Assembly: GCA_945865565.1 (NCBI GenBank)
Contig: CAMBEK010000005.1
Span: 54,056 to 118,055, forward strand
Reading direction: 5' to 3'
Length of the DNA stretch: 64,000 nucleotides
DNA from: Pseudobacteriovorax antillogorgiicola
Lineage (GTDB): Bacteria; Bdellovibrionota_B; Oligoflexia; Oligoflexales; RGVZ01
Part shown: one piece after another, positions 48,755 to 58,425 of the stretch
Layout of the letters: each line of letters opens with the position of its first letter
How positions within the stretch are numbered: position 1 is the stretch's first letter
Made by a program: the position numbers and the translations under genes
The notes under the pieces: generated by a model
The model's input: only the letters and a program-made list of their open reading frames with translations
What the model was told of the DNA's origin: nothing
Database searches by the model: none

Positions 48755-49071
48755 CGTCATCGTGGGTGTTGCCCGTCATCCTGAGCGCCAGCGAAGGATC
48801 CTTTCTTAACCCGTCATTCTGAGGCCAAAGGCCGAAGAATCCTTTCTTCTCCGCCTCAGTAGGCGGATTCTCGACTTTCCGCGGAAAGTCCCGTTATCTG
48901 CGGCCTACTGCAATACGATTTCTTTCATAAAAAATATGGCAGTCGTGTTTTTAAAAAAATTTGAAGAAAGGATCCTTCACTACGTTCAGGATGACGAGTT
49001 AAGAAAGGATCCTTCACTACGCTCAGGATGACGAGTTAAGAAAGGATCCTTCGCTGGCGCTCAGGATGACG
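48755..49071. repeat. CGTC-type REP cluster 2 with internal palindromic insert
   Basis: Perfect 37-bp inverted repeat 48774-48810 / 49035-49071; right units at 48964, 49001, 49038; same family as cluster 1. Confidence 0.88.
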
Positions 49072-49078
49072 AAACGAA

Positions 49079-49104
49079 ACCCCGCCACTCGAAAGTGACG
49101 GGGT
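49079..49104 (-). terminator. Probable intrinsic terminator of slyD
   Basis: ACCCCGCCACT-CGAA-AGTGACGGGGT hairpin with a T-rich tail on the minus strand. Confidence 0.6.
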
Positions 49105-49147
49105 CTGATCGTGATAACTCACGCGACAAATTCTTCGGACTTTTAAA

Positions 49148-49624
49148 CTAGTGGTGATGACCACCAGCACCATGAGCATGACCATGGTCCAGCTCATCTT
49201 TGGTCGCAGGGCGCATTTCTGCGATCTCGACTTTGAATACGAGATCCTTGCCAGCCAACGGATGGTTCGCATCAAGGGTCACATGGCTTTCATTGACCGA
49301 TGTCACAACCATGATTGGATCATCCTCATCTGGGCCGCCGCGGAACATGTCGCCAATTTTAACTTCAGAGGTTGGCAACTGATCCACAGGAACGTTTGCA
49401 ACGAGGGTTTCATCGCGGTCGCCGTAGGCGTCTTCGGCCTTCACGTGAACTTCACGTTTGTCGCCCTTTGACATGGTCAGAAGAACGCTCTCCAGACCAG
49501 GAATGATCTGACCCGAACCTTCCAGAAATGCGAGCGGCTCGCCGGCTTCTGACTGGTCGATCATTTCGCCCTTCATGTCGTGAAGAACGTAGTGGAATTC
49601 TATGACGCGCGGGTTGTTGGACAT
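49148..49624 (-). CDS. slyD: FKBP-type PPIase SlyD
   Basis: GQIIPGLE, AYG, DANHPLAGKDL, His-rich tail. Confidence 0.93.
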   Translation of the reverse strand: MSNNPRVIEFHYVLHDMKGEMIDQSEAGEPLAFLEGSGQIIPGLESVLLTMSKGDKREVHVKAEDAYGDRDETLVANVPVDQLPTSEVKIGDMFRGGPDEDDPIMVVTSVNESHVTLDANHPLAGKDLVFKVEIAEMRPATKDELDHGHAHGAGGHHH

Positions 49625-49718
49625 GGGGGCCTCTTTTCTGTCTTTAGGGCTCAAAGAGCTACTCTGAAGCGGTGGCTTATCACCCACCCGTCCAAAAAAA
49701 CAACCCTAAAGGAACGCC

Positions 49719-50774
49719 TCAGTGCAGCGAAGAAATCACGCCTGACGCATCAGCCGTCTGCTGCTGCCAGCGCATCAAACGCTGAAGGGCCTTCTCGTCA
49801 TTGTCAGGGCGGACAGAACCGGTCGCCCGGGCCAGGCACAGGTAAAGCACAAGTCCTCTTAGATGCTGGGGGGTTAGAGTGTATTCGATGACCCGCCAAT
49901 AGCGCTGCAGATCGACCATTTCCACCCCGGATCCAAGAGGTGAATCCATCAAAGCCGCCCGGTAATCCGCCGACGAAACACGCATCTTGGCTTGGGCAAA
50001 TTCGGCACTTTCTTTGATGGCATTCATCAAAGGGCGCAGGCCGGCAGCCTCAACCGCATCTGTGTTAGATCCCAGCTGCCAAACGGCAAAAACAAAGGGC
50101 AGGCCAGTGATCCGGTTCCACACCTCCCCAAGATCCAAAATTTGAGGAAATTCGGAGCGCCGCTTCAGGGCTTCATCACCAATCAACAGTTCCACAGAAT
50201 CACTTTCACCGGAGGGCTGAACGCTTTCACCGGTCCGTGGCTCCACCCCACGGGCATCAGGTCCAAACAGCAACCTGTGCAGAGTTTTTGTCATGGCCGC
50301 ACTGGCGGCTGAAACCGGTGTCAGCTTGATCTGACCAGAGGCATTGAGTAAACCCGGCGTGGCTTTTTCAGTCACGGCGGCAAAAAGGTCGCGGGCAATC
50401 TGGCGGGGATCAAAAGGCCGCAGAGCCGTGACGCGGGCGTAGGTTTCCTTCAGTTCGGCAATGCGTTCCTGCCAAACATCAAACGTATGATTCTGCGCGG
50501 CAGGAAAGCCCAGGTACACACTCATGACGGGTCCGGTGGAGGCAACACCCACAGGCAGGGCAACATTGAGTTGATTGTGTTTGAGCAGGCAGATGCTGGA
50601 CGCAGGCGCCATCTGTACGCTGCCCTCAACCAGCCAGCGGTTCACTTGGGAAGGATGCCCGTCGCGAAATTCGACTCGTCCGGCAAGGGCCCTGCGCAAC
50701 TCCAGCCGCAAAGGCCAAAGGTTCCAATAGTTGATCCACCCAAAACTTGCGCTTGGTGCAGGGTTGCCAGCCAT
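49719..50774 (-). CDS. mqnA: Chorismate dehydratase (futalosine pathway)
   Basis: INYWN..P, PSQVN, GPVMSV, LLIGDEAL, DLGEVW...TGLPFVFAVW. Confidence 0.85.
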   Translation of the reverse strand: MAGNPAPSASFGWINYWNLWPLRLELRRALAGRVEFRDGHPSQVNRWLVEGSVQMAPASSICLLKHNQLNVALPVGVASTGPVMSVYLGFPAAQNHTFDVWQERIAELKETYARVTALRPFDPRQIARDLFAAVTEKATPGLLNASGQIKLTPVSAASAAMTKTLHRLLFGPDARGVEPRTGESVQPSGESDSVELLIGDEALKRRSEFPQILDLGEVWNRITGLPFVFAVWQLGSNTDAVEAAGLRPLMNAIKESAEFAQAKMRVSSADYRAALMDSPLGSGVEMVDLQRYWRVIEYTLTPQHLRGLVLYLCLARATGSVRPDNDEKALQRLMRWQQQTADASGVISSLH

Positions 50775-52115
50775 TCAGCGGCCCGCCTGCGTGTTTGGAC
50801 TTTCGGCAATGACGCGGAACGCCCTGCGTGCCGCATCCAGAGTCGCATCAATGTCAGACTCAGAGTGGGCCAACGAAAGAAAACCAGCCTCAAATGCAGA
50901 CGGCGCCAGATAGATTCCATCATCGAGCATCAATTGAAAGAATTTTTTAAAATTGTCCAGATTTGCACGCTTTGCGTCTTCAAAGTTACGGACGGAATCT
51001 TTCGCAAAGAAAAAGCCAAACATTCCGCCTTCAAAATCGACCGTGAATGGAATTCCAAATCCTTCGGCGGCAGACTTCAATCCACTGACAAGGCGCTCAC
51101 TGCGTGCGGCAAGAGTGTCGTATGCACCAGGACGCGAAAGGATTTCCAAGGTTTTAATCCCGCTGGCAACCGCCACAGGATTTCCTGAAAGGGTCCCAGC
51201 CTGGTAAACGGGGCCCGAAGGCGCCACCATGCTCATGATATCGCGGCGTCCGCCGTAAGCCCCCACGGGCATTCCACCGCCGATGACTTTGCCCAGGACC
51301 GTCATGTCGGGTTTGATTCCGCACAAGCTTTGATATCCACCGTGAGCCACCCGAAAACCGGTCATCACTTCATCAAAGATCAAAACGGTGCCGTGTTCCT
51401 CACAAAGCCCCTTCAAGACATCATAGTATCCGGGCAAAGGCCGGATGAACCCGGCGTTGCCAATAATCGGCTCCACAATCACAGCGGCTATATCGCGCCG
51501 GTTCGCTGAAAAAATTTCCCTCAACTGATCCACGTCATTGAAGTGAGCGGTCAGCGTATGCTGGGCCGTGGATTCAGGAACACCGGGACTACCTGAAAGG
51601 CCGAGGGTCGCGGCCCCCGAACCCGCCTTCACGAGCAACATGTCGGCATGCCCGTGATAGCACCCCTCAAACTTCAAAATCTTGGTCCGGCCGGTGAAAG
51701 CACGCGCAACGCGCAGGGCGGACATGCAGGCCTCAGTTCCACTGGAAACCAGACGCAGCATCTCGATGGCCGGCATCGCCTTGATGATCTTGTGGGCAAG
51801 GATACTTTCCCCCGCCGTCGGCGTGCCAAACGACAGCCCGCCCGCAGCAGCCTCATTAATTGCCGCAAGGACTTCCGGGTGGGCATGTCCGACGATGGCC
51901 GGGCCCCAGCTCGTGATGTAATCGATGTAGCGGTTGCCGTCCTCATCCCACAAGTAGGCACCATTGGCCCGCTTCATGAATACCGGCGTCCCGCCGACGG
52001 ATGCGAAAGCGCGAACGGGCGAATTGACGCCCCCAGGCATCAGGCCAACGGCTTCTTCAAACAAGGCTTTGGAACGGGGACGCAAATTGTTTGGTGATCG
52101 GGAATCGTGGGACAT
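50775..52115 (-). CDS. hemL: Glutamate-1-semialdehyde 2,1-aminomutase
   Basis: [42 protein letters not shown]. Confidence 0.97.
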   Translation of the reverse strand: MSHDSRSPNNLRPRSKALFEEAVGLMPGGVNSPVRAFASVGGTPVFMKRANGAYLWDEDGNRYIDYITSWGPAIVGHAHPEVLAAINEAAAGGLSFGTPTAGESILAHKIIKAMPAIEMLRLVSSGTEACMSALRVARAFTGRTKILKFEGCYHGHADMLLVKAGSGAATLGLSGSPGVPESTAQHTLTAHFNDVDQLREIFSANRRDIAAVIVEPIIGNAGFIRPLPGYYDVLKGLCEEHGTVLIFDEVMTGFRVAHGGYQSLCGIKPDMTVLGKVIGGGMPVGAYGGRRDIMSMVAPSGPVYQAGTLSGNPVAVASGIKTLEILSRPGAYDTLAARSERLVSGLKSAAEGFGIPFTVDFEGGMFGFFFAKDSVRNFEDAKRANLDNFKKFFQLMLDDGIYLAPSAFEAGFLSLAHSESDIDATLDAARRAFRVIAESPNTQAGR

Positions 52116-52349
52116 GCCAGCGCCACCGTCATGGGGCCCGAAATAGGGCCAGAGTCTCGTCTCATATCAGAAATTTAAGGCCTGTCCGACGTAATTGTGC
52201 ATCCCATCCCCCCCAAAAAAACCGGGTACATGGGGTGCTTCTTACGCACCACGTCCTTGACATCCTCAATTTGGAACACATGTTGAGTGTAGAGCCCTGC
52301 TGGCCCCGTTTTAAAAGTTCCACCACGCGGCATTGCGGAAGGATTCGAC

Positions 52350-54965
52350 ATGGATATCAACAAGCTGACCCAGAAATCACAAGAGGCCCTGCAAGAAGCC
52401 CAGAAGATGGCCATCGAGTTTGGCCACAACGAAGTGGATGTCGATCACCTCCTCATCAGCCTGCTCCGGCAAAGTGGCGGCCTGATTCCGAAGCTGGTGG
52501 CCAGCGCGGGTGCCAACACCGAGGCCCTCATCAACCGCCTTGAAACCGGACTCGGCAAAAAACCGCGTACTTCGGGATCGGGATATGACCCGACCAAGAT
52601 TTTTTTGAGTGGCCGCTTGTCACGTCTTTTTGTCTCGGCAGAAAAAGAAGCACAACGCCTTAAAGACGAATATGTCTCGGTCGAACACTTGTTCATCGAG
52701 GCGATCAAACTCGACGACAAATCTGATGCGAGCAAAGCGCTGAAGGATCTTGGACCGAAGCTGGCCGATTTCATGAAAGCACTGACCGCTCTGCGCGGAA
52801 ACCAGCGAGTTCAAAGCAACACGCCCGAAGACACCTACGAGGCCCTTGAAAAATACGGCCGGGACCTGGTCAAAGCCGCCAGAGATAACAAACTTGATCC
52901 CGTCATCGGACGAGACGAGGAAATCCGTCGTGTCATCCGCATCCTGAGCCGCAAAACCAAAAATAATCCGGTCCTTATTGGCGAGCCAGGAGTCGGAAAA
53001 ACCGCGATCGCCGAAGGCCTGGCCCACCGGATCGTACGCGGTGACGTCCCCGAAGGACTCAAGGACCGGTCACTGTTCGCCCTTGATATGGGTTCGCTCA
53101 TCGCCGGCGCTAAATTTCGCGGAGAGTTTGAAGAACGCCTCAAGGCCGTTCTGAATGAAATCAAAAAGAGCGAAGGCCGCATCATCCTGTTCATCGACGA
53201 ATTGCACACGATTGTCGGCGCAGGAAAAGCCGAAGGTGCCATGGATGCCGGCAACATGCTGAAACCGATGCTGGCTCGCGGCGAATTGCACTGCATTGGA
53301 GCCACAACACTCGACGAATATCGCCAGTACATTGAAAAAGATCCGGCCCTGGAACGTCGCTTCCAGCCAGTCATGGTGGATCAGCCAAATGTGGAAGACA
53401 CGGTGTCAATCCTGCGCGGATTGCGAGAGCGCTTCGAGGTTCATCACGGCGTAAAGATCATGGACAATGCCCTCGTGGCTGCCGCGACACTGTCAAATCG
53501 TTACATCACCGACCGTTTTCTGCCGGACAAGGCCATCGATTTGGTGGACGAAGCCTGCGCCATGATTCGCACTGAAATCGATTCCATGCCGTCAGATCTG
53601 GACTCGGCCCAGCGCAAGGTCATGCGACTTGAGATCGAAGAGGCAGCCCTCAAAAAAGAAAAAGATGATTCGAGCCGGAAACGCCTGGAGTCACTTCAAA
53701 AAGAATTGGCCGATGCGAAAACGGCGCGGGATTCCCTGCGCGCACAATACGAGTCGGAAAAACAATCCCTGCAAAAAGTCACGGTCGTACGCGCAGAAAT
53801 CGAAGACACCAAACGCGCCATCGAACGTGCCGAAAGGGAATACAACCTGGACAAGGCTGCGGAGTTGCGTCACGGAAAAATGCCCGGACTTCTGGAAAAG
53901 CTGCACCAGGTTGAGGGTGCGGCATCTGCCGCGGGAGAATCAGGTGCATTGCGCCTTCTGCGCGAGGAGGTTACGGAATCCGAAATCAGCCAGATCGTCA
54001 GCCGCTGGACTGGGATACCTGTGACACGCCTGGTCGAAGGCGAACGGGAAAAACTTTTAAAACTCGACCAAATTTTACATGAACGGGTCGTTGGTCAGGA
54101 CGAGGCGGTTCAACTGGTGAGTGATGCTGTGATCCGCGCACGCGCCGGGATCAAAGACCCACGCCGGCCCATCGGTTCCTTTATTTTCCTCGGGCCAACC
54201 GGCGTTGGAAAAACGGAACTGGCCAAGGCCCTTGCCTCTTCGCTCTTTGACAGCGAGGACAACATTGTCCGGATCGACATGTCCGAATACATGGAAAAAC
54301 ATGCCGTCTCGCGTTTGATCGGCGCGCCTCCGGGTTATGTTGGATACGAAGAAGGCGGACAATTGACCGAGGCCGTGCGCCGGAAACCATATTCGGTGGT
54401 CTTGTTCGATGAAATTGAAAAGGCCCACCCGGAAGTTTTCAACACACTGCTGCAACTTCTTGACGATGGCCGCCTTACCGACTCCCAGGGCCGGACCGTA
54501 GATTTTCGCAACACGGTCGTGATCATGACGAGCAACATCGGTTCGCATCATCTTTTGGATGGGGGCATCGGCAGCGACGGTGAACTCACAGCAGGATCCC
54601 GCAGCGCAGTGATGTCTGATCTACGCGCCCATTTTCGTCCAGAGTTTCTGAACCGGGTAGATGAAATCGTGATGTTCAAGCCCCTTCAGATGGAAGAGAT
54701 AAAAAAGATCATCAAGATCCTTGCGAAAGGTTTTGCCGACCGGTTGGCCGACCGTGGGATTGGATTTGAACTGGGAGATGATGCTGCAGCGCTGATCGCC
54801 GAACAGTCCTATGACCCTCAATTTGGAGCTCGCCCGATCAAACGATACCTGCAACGCGAGATGGAGACCCAGATTGCCCGGCAGTTGATCGCGGGGCAGA
54901 TTAAAGATGGCGACAAGGTGTTGGTCAGTGTTTCTGATAACAAAATTATCGCTAAAAAATCATGA
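52350..54965 (+). CDS. clpB: Chaperone ClpB
   Basis: Two AAA+ modules ([16 protein letters not shown]) with coiled-coil middle domain. Confidence 0.97.
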   Translation: MDINKLTQKSQEALQEAQKMAIEFGHNEVDVDHLLISLLRQSGGLIPKLVASAGANTEALINRLETGLGKKPRTSGSGYDPTKIFLSGRLSRLFVSAEKEAQRLKDEYVSVEHLFIEAIKLDDKSDASKALKDLGPKLADFMKALTALRGNQRVQSNTPEDTYEALEKYGRDLVKAARDNKLDPVIGRDEEIRRVIRILSRKTKNNPVLIGEPGVGKTAIAEGLAHRIVRGDVPEGLKDRSLFALDMGSLIAGAKFRGEFEERLKAVLNEIKKSEGRIILFIDELHTIVGAGKAEGAMDAGNMLKPMLARGELHCIGATTLDEYRQYIEKDPALERRFQPVMVDQPNVEDTVSILRGLRERFEVHHGVKIMDNALVAAATLSNRYITDRFLPDKAIDLVDEACAMIRTEIDSMPSDLDSAQRKVMRLEIEEAALKKEKDDSSRKRLESLQKELADAKTARDSLRAQYESEKQSLQKVTVVRAEIEDTKRAIERAEREYNLDKAAELRHGKMPGLLEKLHQVEGAASAAGESGALRLLREEVTESEISQIVSRWTGIPVTRLVEGEREKLLKLDQILHERVVGQDEAVQLVSDAVIRARAGIKDPRRPIGSFIFLGPTGVGKTELAKALASSLFDSEDNIVRIDMSEYMEKHAVSRLIGAPPGYVGYEEGGQLTEAVRRKPYSVVLFDEIEKAHPEVFNTLLQLLDDGRLTDSQGRTVDFRNTVVIMTSNIGSHHLLDGGIGSDGELTAGSRSAVMSDLRAHFRPEFLNRVDEIVMFKPLQMEEIKKIIKILAKGFADRLADRGIGFELGDDAAALIAEQSYDPQFGARPIKRYLQREMETQIARQLIAGQIKDGDKVLVSVSDNKIIAKKS

Positions 54966-55001
54966 TATTACTGGGGAAAATATAGCAAATCGAAAATCAC
55001 C

Positions 55002-55029
55002 TCAACCCGGGCACAAGCCAAGCCGATGT
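55002..55029 (+). promoter_or_regulatory. Putative sigma28 promoter
   Basis: TCAA-N16-GCCGATGT upstream of GAGGTG RBS and ATG 55050. Confidence 0.45.
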
Positions 55030-55049
55030 TCCCTCTAGAGGTGGGCCGA

Positions 55050-55652
55050 ATGCGAGTGTTTTTAATTATCTTTTATTTGGCAGCGGTTGTTGGCTGTAAC
55101 GCCTCCGTCAATAAAACTCAATTGGCTTCGGGAGTTCAGAATTCCGATGCCGCAGGCACGGGCGCAATCAAAAACGAAAATGATGTGGATCGGCTACCGC
55201 CCGTCATCACAGATCCACAGAAAATCAAACGCCTCGCAACCGGACTTGCAGAACGCGGCGTGCCAGAGGATCTCATCCAGGATGTCATCAGAGAGTTGAC
55301 GTCTGAACGGGTTTCGCGCAAGAAATTCGCAAGTAAAATCGTTGATGTCACCTTTCCGAATCCCTCGGGATCGCCAGCTGCCGTGTTGGTAACTGGCGCG
55401 CCAGTTATTCCTAGTTATTCGCAATCACCCCCACGGGACACTCTCACCGGGATTTCAAACCCGAACCCCTCATCAACCGGATATCTCAACGACGGGCTCG
55501 AGAGACCCCTAGGTCCATTTGACGACAGTCCTCAACCGAGTCAGGCAAGTTCGGAACAGAGGACGGCATGGGATTTTTTGTCCTCTAGTCTTAAAGAACT
55601 GCTTTCACCCTATGGCATCGTCCGTGGTGTTTTTAACGCGCTATGCGCTTAA
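55050..55652 (+). CDS. Hypothetical lipoprotein
   Basis: MRVFLIIFYLAAVVGC lipobox-like signal. Confidence 0.65.
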   Translation: MRVFLIIFYLAAVVGCNASVNKTQLASGVQNSDAAGTGAIKNENDVDRLPPVITDPQKIKRLATGLAERGVPEDLIQDVIRELTSERVSRKKFASKIVDVTFPNPSGSPAAVLVTGAPVIPSYSQSPPRDTLTGISNPNPSSTGYLNDGLERPLGPFDDSPQPSQASSEQRTAWDFLSSSLKELLSPYGIVRGVFNALCA

Positions 55653-55687
55653 GGAGCGTTTCTGTGACGGACTCCAATCCATTTTCA

Positions 55688-56521
55688 ATGCGTCACCGCC
55701 GCCCGTCCAAAAATCGTTGGGTGGTGATGACAGCTTTGATGCTGCCTTGTCTGCTGGCGGTTTCGTCCTGCGGTGGATCTAGTTTCAAAGGCTCCGGCGG
55801 CGTCCGAAAGGCATCCGTAGGCCGCACTGGACTTGATGCAAGTTCTCAATCCCTGCCAGGCACGCAGATACCCCCAAGTTTTTCCGATGGGGGACGCGCA
55901 ACCCTGGCCAACCGCTTCAATGATTTTCTATTCGCCGGAAGCGGACCGGGCAGCTGCGGCCTGCCAGTCAAAAATAATCCCTGTCGCCCGCAAAATCCCC
56001 CCTCGGTTACAATCCCTCTAAGGTGCCCAAAAGAGTATGCCGAAATTGGATCAGTCGGTGACTGCTTTATGCTGCCTCAGGCCGACGCACTCGAATACAA
56101 GATCCCGATGCAATGCAACGGCAACCGCCCGCTCTGCCAAAAGACGGGCCAGGAAGATCCGAACGTGGTGATCGAAGTCCGGATGACCAACGGCTCAGCA
56201 TGCCCCGACGGGTTCAATGTTGATGCCAGTGGCAGCAACGTCCTGGGTGTCGTTTCTTCACCGGGCGCATGCACTAATTATTCAACCAGCGCATTCTGCA
56301 AGAAGACGGTTCCCCTGACATCCTTGCCGCCAGGAAGCGCCATTGTCTCAGCCATCGCGATAACGGGAACAAACGACCACTTAGCTTCACCCCCGGGATG
56401 TCCGTACCCTTTCGAAGACGTTGGGACCGCGCCGGACTGCTCAAACTACAACAAAAACAAAAGCTTCGAGTGCTGCAGTGGAAGGATTCGTTTTTGCCAA
56501 AAGAAGGACGTCGTCAAGTAG
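55688..56521 (+). CDS. Cys-rich lipoprotein with three internal repeats
   Basis: Lipobox-like VSSC; 14 further Cys; three CP..[YF]...C...C.K units. Confidence 0.7.
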   Translation: MRHRRPSKNRWVVMTALMLPCLLAVSSCGGSSFKGSGGVRKASVGRTGLDASSQSLPGTQIPPSFSDGGRATLANRFNDFLFAGSGPGSCGLPVKNNPCRPQNPPSVTIPLRCPKEYAEIGSVGDCFMLPQADALEYKIPMQCNGNRPLCQKTGQEDPNVVIEVRMTNGSACPDGFNVDASGSNVLGVVSSPGACTNYSTSAFCKKTVPLTSLPPGSAIVSAIAITGTNDHLASPPGCPYPFEDVGTAPDCSNYNKNKSFECCSGRIRFCQKKDVVK

Positions 56522-57116
56522 GCTTCGTGATTTCCGTCACACCTTCTTCGGTCAACACGGCATGCACTGCGACATCGTAGGATTCCACCGGAATGTTTTC
56601 CGGCAAAACAAAACGTTGCCAGCAAACTCCCATCAACGTCACTCGAGATAGATCGGGCAGCGTTCTCAAAAAGCGGTCATAATATCCTGCACCTGAACCA
56701 AGGCGGTTGCCGCGGCGATCGATCGCAACGCTGGGCAAAAGGATCAGGACATCACGCGACTGAAAATCAAGCCTCTGGCCATCGGCTGGTTCTTTGATGC
56801 CGAACTTGCCTTTGCGGAGTGGCTCGTAGGAACGCCACGCGACAAATTCCATCATCTTTTCGGGAAGCACCCGCGGAAAATACCAGCGACGGTCGTGGTT
56901 TTGGTCCTGCTCCATCGCGGGATGAATGACGGCTTCGTTACGAACGGCCAGATAGGCAGCCACTGCACCAAATTGTTTTCCGCCAAGCCACCCCATCAAA
57001 TGATTTTGAATTTTCTGGGAAGAGGCCTCAACCTCGGCGGAGAGCATGCTTTTTCGTTCTGCACGAATCGCATCTCGCAGCACTGATTTGGCATCCTTTG
57101 GCGGGGCAACAGGCAT
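56514..57116 (-). CDS. 5-formyltetrahydrofolate cyclo-ligase (YgfA/Fau)
   Basis: K..LR, FPRV, FGIKEP, RLGSGAGYYDR. Confidence 0.93.
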   Translation of the reverse strand: MPVAPPKDAKSVLRDAIRAERKSMLSAEVEASSQKIQNHLMGWLGGKQFGAVAAYLAVRNEAVIHPAMEQDQNHDRRWYFPRVLPEKMMEFVAWRSYEPLRKGKFGIKEPADGQRLDFQSRDVLILLPSVAIDRRGNRLGSGAGYYDRFLRTLPDLSRVTLMGVCWQRFVLPENIPVESYDVAVHAVLTEEGVTEITKPT

Positions 57117-57183
57117 AAATGAAATGTCTCCTCATCCTCATCGTCGTCGTCATCTTCATCTTTATTAAACATCATAAAACAAA

Positions 57184-57211
57184 TTCGCCCAGCGGGGCTA
57201 CGCTGGGCGAA
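57184..57211 (-). terminator. Intrinsic terminator
   Basis: 11-bp perfect stem TTCGCCCAGCG/CGCTGGGCGAA followed by TTTGTTTT on the minus strand. Confidence 0.75.
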
Positions 57212-57235
57212 CGATCAACCTTGGGGTTTCACGAA

Positions 57236-58219
57236 TTACTGGATCGTGACATCCACAGGAGTCGAATACTCCCATCGTCCTGCGATTTCAGAAAAGGCTC
57301 CGACGCGCATTTTATAGGCACCAGGAGTGACCCCCTGGAGCGTCGCCGTGGACCCTGCCGTTGCAAACTTGTAAGCCGGGTTTGCCCAGTCGGGCGCATT
57401 GTTCAACTCGACCCGATAGTAGGTGACCTTGGAGTCGCCCTGCCAGCTCACTTGACCGCTGCTGCCAGCCAGGATTGCGCCCGGAGCAGGTGCCGTCACC
57501 ATCAACTTGCGGCGCACTGGTGCGTCCACAGAGAAGGATCGTATTTCAGAACTTCCGGTCGCGCTCTTGATGCGCCAGTACCACGTCCCAGGAGACGGCT
57601 GGTGCAGGGAATAGGCGCCTTTCTTGACCGGGATACTCATCTCGACCGGCTTCATTGACGCTTTACGGGAAAGCTCAAGCCGGCCTGGACCGCCAGTCCA
57701 TGAGAAGCGGGCTGGGCCCACCGTCTCATCGTAAGCAATCGCTGCTTCGTTTTCAGGAAAATTGATCGATATTGGTCCAGCCGATCCTTCAGCTGCGGCA
57801 GAAGCCGTCTCGGCAACAGGAGCCGTCTCGGCTACCGGAGCGGTCGATGCCACTGGCGCTGTCGATGCGACCGGCGCATTAGCGGCGACAGGGGCCTCTG
57901 CCTTCGGAGCGACCTCCGTCACTGCTGGAGCTTCTGGTGGCGGAAACTCATTCACGTCGTCGCCAGAGGTTTCCAGATAAAGGTATCCTACCGCCGCCAC
58001 TGCGACGAGCAGGACTGCCAGAAGGATGTAACGCGAACGATTGCTGTTCGCATAAGACCCTTCCTTGAATATTTGGGACATCGCATTGGTGTTCGTCCCA
58101 AAGTTACTTGCAAACTCGCCTTTCAAGTCCGCGGTAAACGGATTTGACTGCGAGGCGGGTTGTGACGGAAGGCCCCCGCCGCCCCCTTGCCCTGTCGGGT
58201 TATTCGTTGTCTGGTTCAT
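57236..58219 (-). CDS. Bitopic membrane protein with Ala/Pro linker and two FN3/Ig-like domains
   Basis: One TM helix, APVA(S/E)T repeats, FSW / GTWYWRI / VSW / YRVEL strands; GGGAG upstream. Confidence 0.7.
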   Translation of the reverse strand: MNQTTNNPTGQGGGGGLPSQPASQSNPFTADLKGEFASNFGTNTNAMSQIFKEGSYANSNRSRYILLAVLLVAVAAVGYLYLETSGDDVNEFPPPEAPAVTEVAPKAEAPVAANAPVASTAPVASTAPVAETAPVAETASAAAEGSAGPISINFPENEAAIAYDETVGPARFSWTGGPGRLELSRKASMKPVEMSIPVKKGAYSLHQPSPGTWYWRIKSATGSSEIRSFSVDAPVRRKLMVTAPAPGAILAGSSGQVSWQGDSKVTYYRVELNNAPDWANPAYKFATAGSTATLQGVTPGAYKMRVGAFSEIAGRWEYSTPVDVTIQ

Positions 58220-58280
58220 AACGCTCAAATCTCCCAAGGTTGAGTGACACGGTAAGCCCGTAATGGTCATTCATGAGGGT

Positions 58281-58307
58281 GGATCGGGCGTGATCGAAAT
58301 CACTTTA
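58281..58307 (-). promoter_or_regulatory. Putative sigma28 promoter
   Basis: Minus strand TAAA-N15-CCCGATCC. Confidence 0.6.
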
Positions 58308-58425
58308 GCCGTGGGAAGCCTTGAGCCAACTGGGAACCTGCAAATTGTCTAGGGGTGCACTAAAAAAAACAGGCATAAACATTAGGGGAAATCCCAATGA
58401 ATTACGAAATCGCCAAACGATGGAT

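Noticed and set aside
48964..49071. Second 37-bp periodic run as a CRISPR array
   Set aside because: No spacers; part of an inverted REP cluster.
57117..57235. 6S RNA expected upstream of the ygfA-like gene
   Set aside because: Only about 119 nt, occupied by a terminator and a GAY repeat; too short for the 6S rod structure.
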